A DNA stretch of 64,000 nucleotides. It comes from Candidatus Multivoradales bacterium (GTDB lineage Bacteria; Acidobacteriota; Thermoanaerobaculia; Multivoradales; J023). The stretch covers positions 32,001 to 96,000 of the forward strand of contig CBDFLE010000005.1 in NCBI GenBank assembly GCA_965248925.1. Reading direction: 5' to 3'. The position numbers were made by a program, and so were the translations under genes. The notes beneath the pieces were generated by a model. That model had not been told where the DNA came from and did no database searches. It saw nothing but the letters and a program-made list of their open reading frames with translations. The first letter of the stretch is position 1; each line of letters opens with the position of its first letter. This document shows, piece after piece, positions 59,697 through 64,000 of the stretch.

Positions 59697-60104
59697 ATGA
59701 CAACGATCAACGATCTCTGCAAAGACCTGGTGGAGAACACCCCGGACGGCGTTGCGGCCAATGTCGTCGATCTTTCCAGCGGGATGATGATTGGCGGTCA
59801 TTTCGCGTCAGACTTCACGACCGATCATTTCGAGGCGGTGTCGGCGGCGGCTACCAACCTCTATCGCGGCAAGGAAACCTTGCGGGTTGAAGATCTGGTC
59901 AAGAGCCAGCGCGGCGACACCAGCGACAATCATTTCATGCAGGAGGTGCAGTTCAACACCGACACCCTGCTCCATTTTGTCAAGAAGCTAGAAGGCAAGG
60001 AGGCGATTCTCTGTCTGGTGACTCGCAAGCCGGGCAATGTTGGCATGGGTTGGTCGGCACTCAGGGCGGCATTGCCGAAGGTGACCCCTCTAGTCCCTTC
60101 CTGA
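59697..60104 (+). CDS. Roadblock/LC7-like small protein
   Basis: 'PDGVAANVVDLSSGMMIG...GNVGMGW'; GGGAGG RBS; paralogous to the C-terminus of the preceding gene. Confidence 0.7.
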   Translation: MTTINDLCKDLVENTPDGVAANVVDLSSGMMIGGHFASDFTTDHFEAVSAAATNLYRGKETLRVEDLVKSQRGDTSDNHFMQEVQFNTDTLLHFVKKLEGKEAILCLVTRKPGNVGMGWSALRAALPKVTPLVPS

Positions 60105-60163
60105 GCCGCAGCACTGCCGGGTTCCGCGGTGCCGGCGGCTTGTTGAGGCGCCGGCCGCCGTCG

Positions 60164-61051
60164 ATGGACGAGGGAAGAGGGGGACCGGACAGCGATCGCC
60201 CGCAATCTAAGGCCCCTTCGCCGGTTGGTGGTGTCGAGTCGAGTCCCGATAGCTTGCTCTGGGAATATCCCTTCTTGCCCTGCGCCAGAAGGCAGATTCT
60301 CGCCGTGCTGCCGGAAGGCCCTGAGATTGTCGACGAAGTTCTCGCTAGACTGAGAAGTGGCCCAGTAGTATCCCGGCAGGACCTTCGCGGCACCGGCAAC
60401 CTCGGTGGTGGTTCAGGGGGGCAAGCGGGGTACTTCTTGGAAGTCGGTGACTATTTCGCCAAGGCGAATTCGACCCGCCGCTACGCCAGCGTCGATCTGG
60501 CTTGCAGCCACGATCTGCCGGTAGAGGAGCTGCGCCGGAGTCTAGGGATCTACCATTCCAGTAGAATCTGGTTCCTAACTCAAAGCGTTGATGACTGCAT
60601 TTGGGCCTGCTCGCTGACCCGCAAGATGATCTCTCTGCGGGAGATATTCAACCGCCCGCCCGCGGGCTCAGACCCCCTCGCTTGGCAGTTCTTTCTCGAC
60701 GGGCTATGGATGTCCTTGGATCTTGGTCGCAGGGCGGAGGTCATGCTCGACTGCAATCCCAACAACTTCGGCCTCGACGGCGACCAGTTGTGGTACCTGG
60801 ACGATGATCTTCTGACTAGCAAGACGTCGATGTTGGGCTTGCAAGCAGTGCTGCGTTTACGCGAGTATGAGGGCTGTGACTGGAGAGTTCGCAAGACCTT
60901 TCTCGATGGTTTTCTGCAGCTAGTACGGAGCTGCTCCGGCGACGAGCGGCGGCGTTGGAGCCTGACCCGAGAAGCGATATTCGGACTCATTTCGTTGCGT
61001 GACGCCAAGCTGCGGGCAATGCTCGACGATTTCTTTGGCCCGCCGTCCTAG
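60164..61051 (+). CDS. Hypothetical protein with a kinase-like catalytic signature (start uncertain)
   Basis: Gly-rich 'LGGGSGG', 'FAK', 'LDCNPNNFG', 'YLDDD'. Confidence 0.5.
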   Translation: MDEGRGGPDSDRPQSKAPSPVGGVESSPDSLLWEYPFLPCARRQILAVLPEGPEIVDEVLARLRSGPVVSRQDLRGTGNLGGGSGGQAGYFLEVGDYFAKANSTRRYASVDLACSHDLPVEELRRSLGIYHSSRIWFLTQSVDDCIWACSLTRKMISLREIFNRPPAGSDPLAWQFFLDGLWMSLDLGRRAEVMLDCNPNNFGLDGDQLWYLDDDLLTSKTSMLGLQAVLRLREYEGCDWRVRKTFLDGFLQLVRSCSGDERRRWSLTREAIFGLISLRDAKLRAMLDDFFGPPS

Positions 61052-61066
61052 TAACTCTCACTTGAA

Positions 61067-61891
61067 GTGGATATGCCGATCGACTTTCATCGGGCGCTGG
61101 ACCTGACTCAGCTACCAGTCGTGGGCGATGAGCCGCTGGCGTTGCTCGCCGACATTCACGCCAATATTGAGGCGCTGGCAGCGGTAACCGGCTGGCTGGA
61201 CCAGCACGGCATCAAACAGGCGGTGGTTCTCGGTGATTTGATTGGCTATGGGGCTGCACCGAACGAGGTCCTTGGCGAAATTCGACGCCGCGGCTGGTTG
61301 GCGATCCGTGGCAACCATGAAGACATTTTACTCGATCCAACCTATTCGGAGCAACGGGGCGGCTTGAAGGCTCGAGCTCGGGCGGCGCTCGATTGGACTC
61401 GCCAGCATCTCGACGTCTCCAGCCGGCAGTTTATCGAGTCCCTGCCCTTGGCTGCTGCCTTGGGCCACGAGATGATCGCGGTTCACGGTTCATTGGTCGA
61501 TCCGCGGCGCTGCTATGCCTACATCTATGACCTGAGCCTCGACCTGAACATTCGGCGGATGACTGAGTTGGCCCTACCCCCTGGTATCTTGATTGTCCAC
61601 GGCCACACTCACCAGACGAAGATTTTTCAAGTGCAGGAAGAGGACTGGAATGAACTTGATCCAGCGCCGGGGGAGAGACGACTCGACCCGGCTTCGAGCT
61701 TTTTCATCAATCCGGGCAGCGTTGGATTGCCTCGTGACGGCAATCCACAAGCCAGTTTCATGGTGTGGGACGCGGCTCACCGGAGCCTGCGATCAGTTCG
61801 CGTGGCCTACGATGTACAGTCTGCGGCGCAGCGAATCTTGCTCGCTGGATATAGTGACGAGGTCGCCGAGTACTTGCTTTCGTCTTCTTAG
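61067..61891 (+). CDS. Metallophosphoesterase (calcineurin-like)
   Basis: DIHAN, GDLIGYG, GNHE, HGS, GHTH, NPGSVG. Confidence 0.9.
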   Translation: MDMPIDFHRALDLTQLPVVGDEPLALLADIHANIEALAAVTGWLDQHGIKQAVVLGDLIGYGAAPNEVLGEIRRRGWLAIRGNHEDILLDPTYSEQRGGLKARARAALDWTRQHLDVSSRQFIESLPLAAALGHEMIAVHGSLVDPRRCYAYIYDLSLDLNIRRMTELALPPGILIVHGHTHQTKIFQVQEEDWNELDPAPGERRLDPASSFFINPGSVGLPRDGNPQASFMVWDAAHRSLRSVRVAYDVQSAAQRILLAGYSDEVAEYLLSSS

Positions 61892-61900
61892 CAAAGGAAT

Positions 61901-62347
61901 TTGATGAGTCTGAATTTGTGGTATTGGTCTGGGGCTTTGATCAATCTGGGAGTCGCGACTGGCTGTGCTTTCTTGGGTTGGCGAGAGATACGTCGCGGTC
62001 GGCGGGAAATTCATCGCAAATGGATGAACGCGGCGGTGATTCTGGTGCTTGCTTTCCTGGTCAGCTACCCGCTGAAGCTGATCTTTCTTGGTAAAGAGGA
62101 TCTGCTGCTATGGAGCCATATGGATGTCACCATTCTACGGATACACGAGACCTTCGTGTTGTTGATGGTGCTCAGTGGAGGCGCGGCTCGCTGGCTCGCT
62201 CGTCGGCTGCGCGTAGGCGGTTCGCAAGTTAGTAGTCAGTGGAAGGGCTGGCACCGCTGGTGCGGTCGTATGGCTCTCGGCTGTTCGGCGGGTGGCTTGC
62301 TCACCGCCGCCCTGATCTTGTTAGGGATGGTCCGCCGGATCAACTGA
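61901..62347 (+). CDS. DUF420-like membrane protein
   Basis: Four TM segments; 'HRKWM...FLVSY', 'IHE', 'HRWCGR'. Confidence 0.65.
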   Translation: MMSLNLWYWSGALINLGVATGCAFLGWREIRRGRREIHRKWMNAAVILVLAFLVSYPLKLIFLGKEDLLLWSHMDVTILRIHETFVLLMVLSGGAARWLARRLRVGGSQVSSQWKGWHRWCGRMALGCSAGGLLTAALILLGMVRRIN

Positions 62348-63667
62348 GTGGGTGCCGCGGTCGTTGACAAACTGGGCGAACTGATCGATGAATGCAAGCT
62401 GGCGGTTGCTCTGGATGTAGTTCGGGTTGATCGCCCGAACTCGGTGAATGGCGCACACCGCGCTGTTGCCACGGTAAGTCAGAAAGCAGGCCAAAATCGT
62501 TCCAGTACGCCCCAGTCCCGCTCGGCAGTGGACGACGGTCGGCAGCCGACGGTGAATCCAGCCGTCGATTCGCTGGCAGAGCTGATAAGCGGCTTCGGCG
62601 TCCGGCGCATTCATGTCCGGGATGGGGAAGTGAAAGGTTTCGATGCCTAGCTCCGTCAGCAATGGAGAGACGAAAGGCTGCTCCCTCAAAGTCAGCAAGA
62701 CTTTGCAGCCCAGTCCCTTCAAGGCCCGAATATCGTCTGCTTCGTCATGCAATAGGCCGGGTTGCTGCATCCCGCCGAGCTGCCTATCGAGGACCCAATG
62801 AAAGCTGCTGGGGACCGACCAGCTGCTTCTCAGTGGTGATGTTGGAGCAGGGCGATGCGGGGCGCTGCTGGGTGCCACTTGCCGCGGCCAGCAATTGCCG
62901 AGCCGGATAAAGTCTCGGGCCAGCTCGGTTTGGGGATCTTGATAAAACCGTTCCCGAGTGGCGTGCTCGACTATCCGGCCTCCCGCCAGCAGGCAAATCC
63001 GATCGGCGACTTGGCGACTGCGGTGCTGATTGTGAGTTACCAGCAACACCGCCAGACGTTGGCCCAGGTGCTCTACTAGCTGTTCGATCTTGCCGATCTC
63101 GGAGTCGCTCAAGTCGCGGAAAGGCTCATCCAACAGAAGGCACTCCGCTCCTCCCGCCACCAATCGAGCAATGGCCAGCCGTCGCTGCTCACCGATGCTC
63201 AAAGATATTGCCGGTAGTTGTAGATGGGCTTCGAAATCTTCCCATAGACCTAGGGGTGCAAGGATGGTTTGCGCCAGCTCATCGCCTTGCTGGGTACTTT
63301 GCAGATACGTGGGAATATCGGCGGTGATGTTGGCCAACACCGTTGCGGTGTAGAGTTTTGCCTTCTGAACTAAGAGCGGTACCCTGCGCCGCACTTCCTC
63401 GGCCGCCATTCCATCGAGCAGATCACGCCCTCGCGAGAGGGCGGTGCCAGTGCGCCAGAAGGAGGGGATACCATCGTTCCATCGACCCAGAGTGCGCAAC
63501 AACGTGCTCTTACCGCCACCGGCCGGGCCCATGAGGCAGGAAACTCCGGTCGGTGCCAGTGGTAGATGTACCCGATCTAATACGACCTTATCGTTGAACC
63601 CGACGGAAAGACTCCGTAGTTCGATCAACGGTGGGCTGTCCACCTTATTAGTTGATTGTTCAGGCAC
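62321..63667 (-). CDS. ABC ATPase fused to a dual-specificity (Cx5R) protein phosphatase
   Basis: GPAGGGKST, LSIGEQRR, LLLDEP, VTHN; C-terminal 'HFPIPDM', 'VHCRAGLGRTGT', 'IQSNRQ'. Confidence 0.88.
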   Translation of the reverse strand: MPEQSTNKVDSPPLIELRSLSVGFNDKVVLDRVHLPLAPTGVSCLMGPAGGGKSTLLRTLGRWNDGIPSFWRTGTALSRGRDLLDGMAAEEVRRRVPLLVQKAKLYTATVLANITADIPTYLQSTQQGDELAQTILAPLGLWEDFEAHLQLPAISLSIGEQRRLAIARLVAGGAECLLLDEPFRDLSDSEIGKIEQLVEHLGQRLAVLLVTHNQHRSRQVADRICLLAGGRIVEHATRERFYQDPQTELARDFIRLGNCWPRQVAPSSAPHRPAPTSPLRSSWSVPSSFHWVLDRQLGGMQQPGLLHDEADDIRALKGLGCKVLLTLREQPFVSPLLTELGIETFHFPIPDMNAPDAEAAYQLCQRIDGWIHRRLPTVVHCRAGLGRTGTILACFLTYRGNSAVCAIHRVRAINPNYIQSNRQLAFIDQFAQFVNDRGTHSVDPADHP

Positions 63668-64000
63668 CGATCAGTAGTCCTGTGAGCATCTCGACGAGAG
63701 GGGATTCTCGAGTTTCTAATGTTCCTTGAAGACTGTCTAGAATACAGAGAATATCGGCCAGGGGGCGTCCTTCAAGACCGGCGGCAGCTACCGGTGCGGC
63801 AAGCAATAATCGCAAAGTATCCAGATCAGCCGGTGGGTCGTCGCCTGCTTTTTCCGGCAGGGTGCCGACGTAGTGCGGCTCGCCGCCGAGGCGCCGACCC
63901 ACGGATTCTAGGGTCGGTCGCAGGTGGGCCGACTGGCTGCTGGCTGCGAAAGCCTCGGCGGTTCTAAGGAAGTGGCGACTGGCATCCAAGAGTTGATCGA
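63660..64000 (-). CDS. Hypothetical protein, probably 5'-partial
   Basis: ORF overlaps the start of the ABC-phosphatase gene and runs towards the window edge. Confidence 0.5.
   Translation of the reverse strand, partial: DQLLDASRHFLRTAEAFAASSQSAHLRPTLESVGRRLGGEPHYVGTLPEKAGDDPPADLDTLRLLLAAPVAAAGLEGRPLADILCILDSLQGTLETRESPLVEMLTGLLIGA

Overview
This GC-rich bacterial window is probably from Acidobacteriota (Thermoanaerobaculia-like); that assignment is inferred from gene content and order only. It has three parts. (1) 1-33.6 kb is a tandem polymorphic-toxin array. Three RHS/YD proteins carry different C-terminal tips (ADP-ribosyltransferase-like, peptidoglycan amidase, HHSSF/SGHY domain), each followed by an immunity gene. 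They alternate with copies of a ~4.1 kb element that encodes an rve/DDE integrase with a hydrophobic N-terminus, a 155-aa unknown protein, two PCD/DCoH-like proteins and an HTH-TPR regulator. I found only one terminal sequence for this element (TGTCCCGTCCGC...). That end is fused in the same reading frame to all three immunity genes, and at 17.3 kb it is stacked five times. The array ends in collapsed RHS fragments and a dead IS701. (2) 33.7-58 kb is mostly housekeeping (asd-like, pssA, tsaB, lysS, lolC/D, clpC, bamA, skp, lpxD, fabZ, lpxA, mtnP, surE, pcm, apt) with small TA-like inserts. (3) 58.3-64 kb is a signalling cluster (REC-DUF4388-roadblock, roadblock, kinase-like, metallophosphoesterase, DUF420, ABC-ATPase/Cx5R phosphatase fusion). 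All domain calls are by eye from motifs; no database searches were run.
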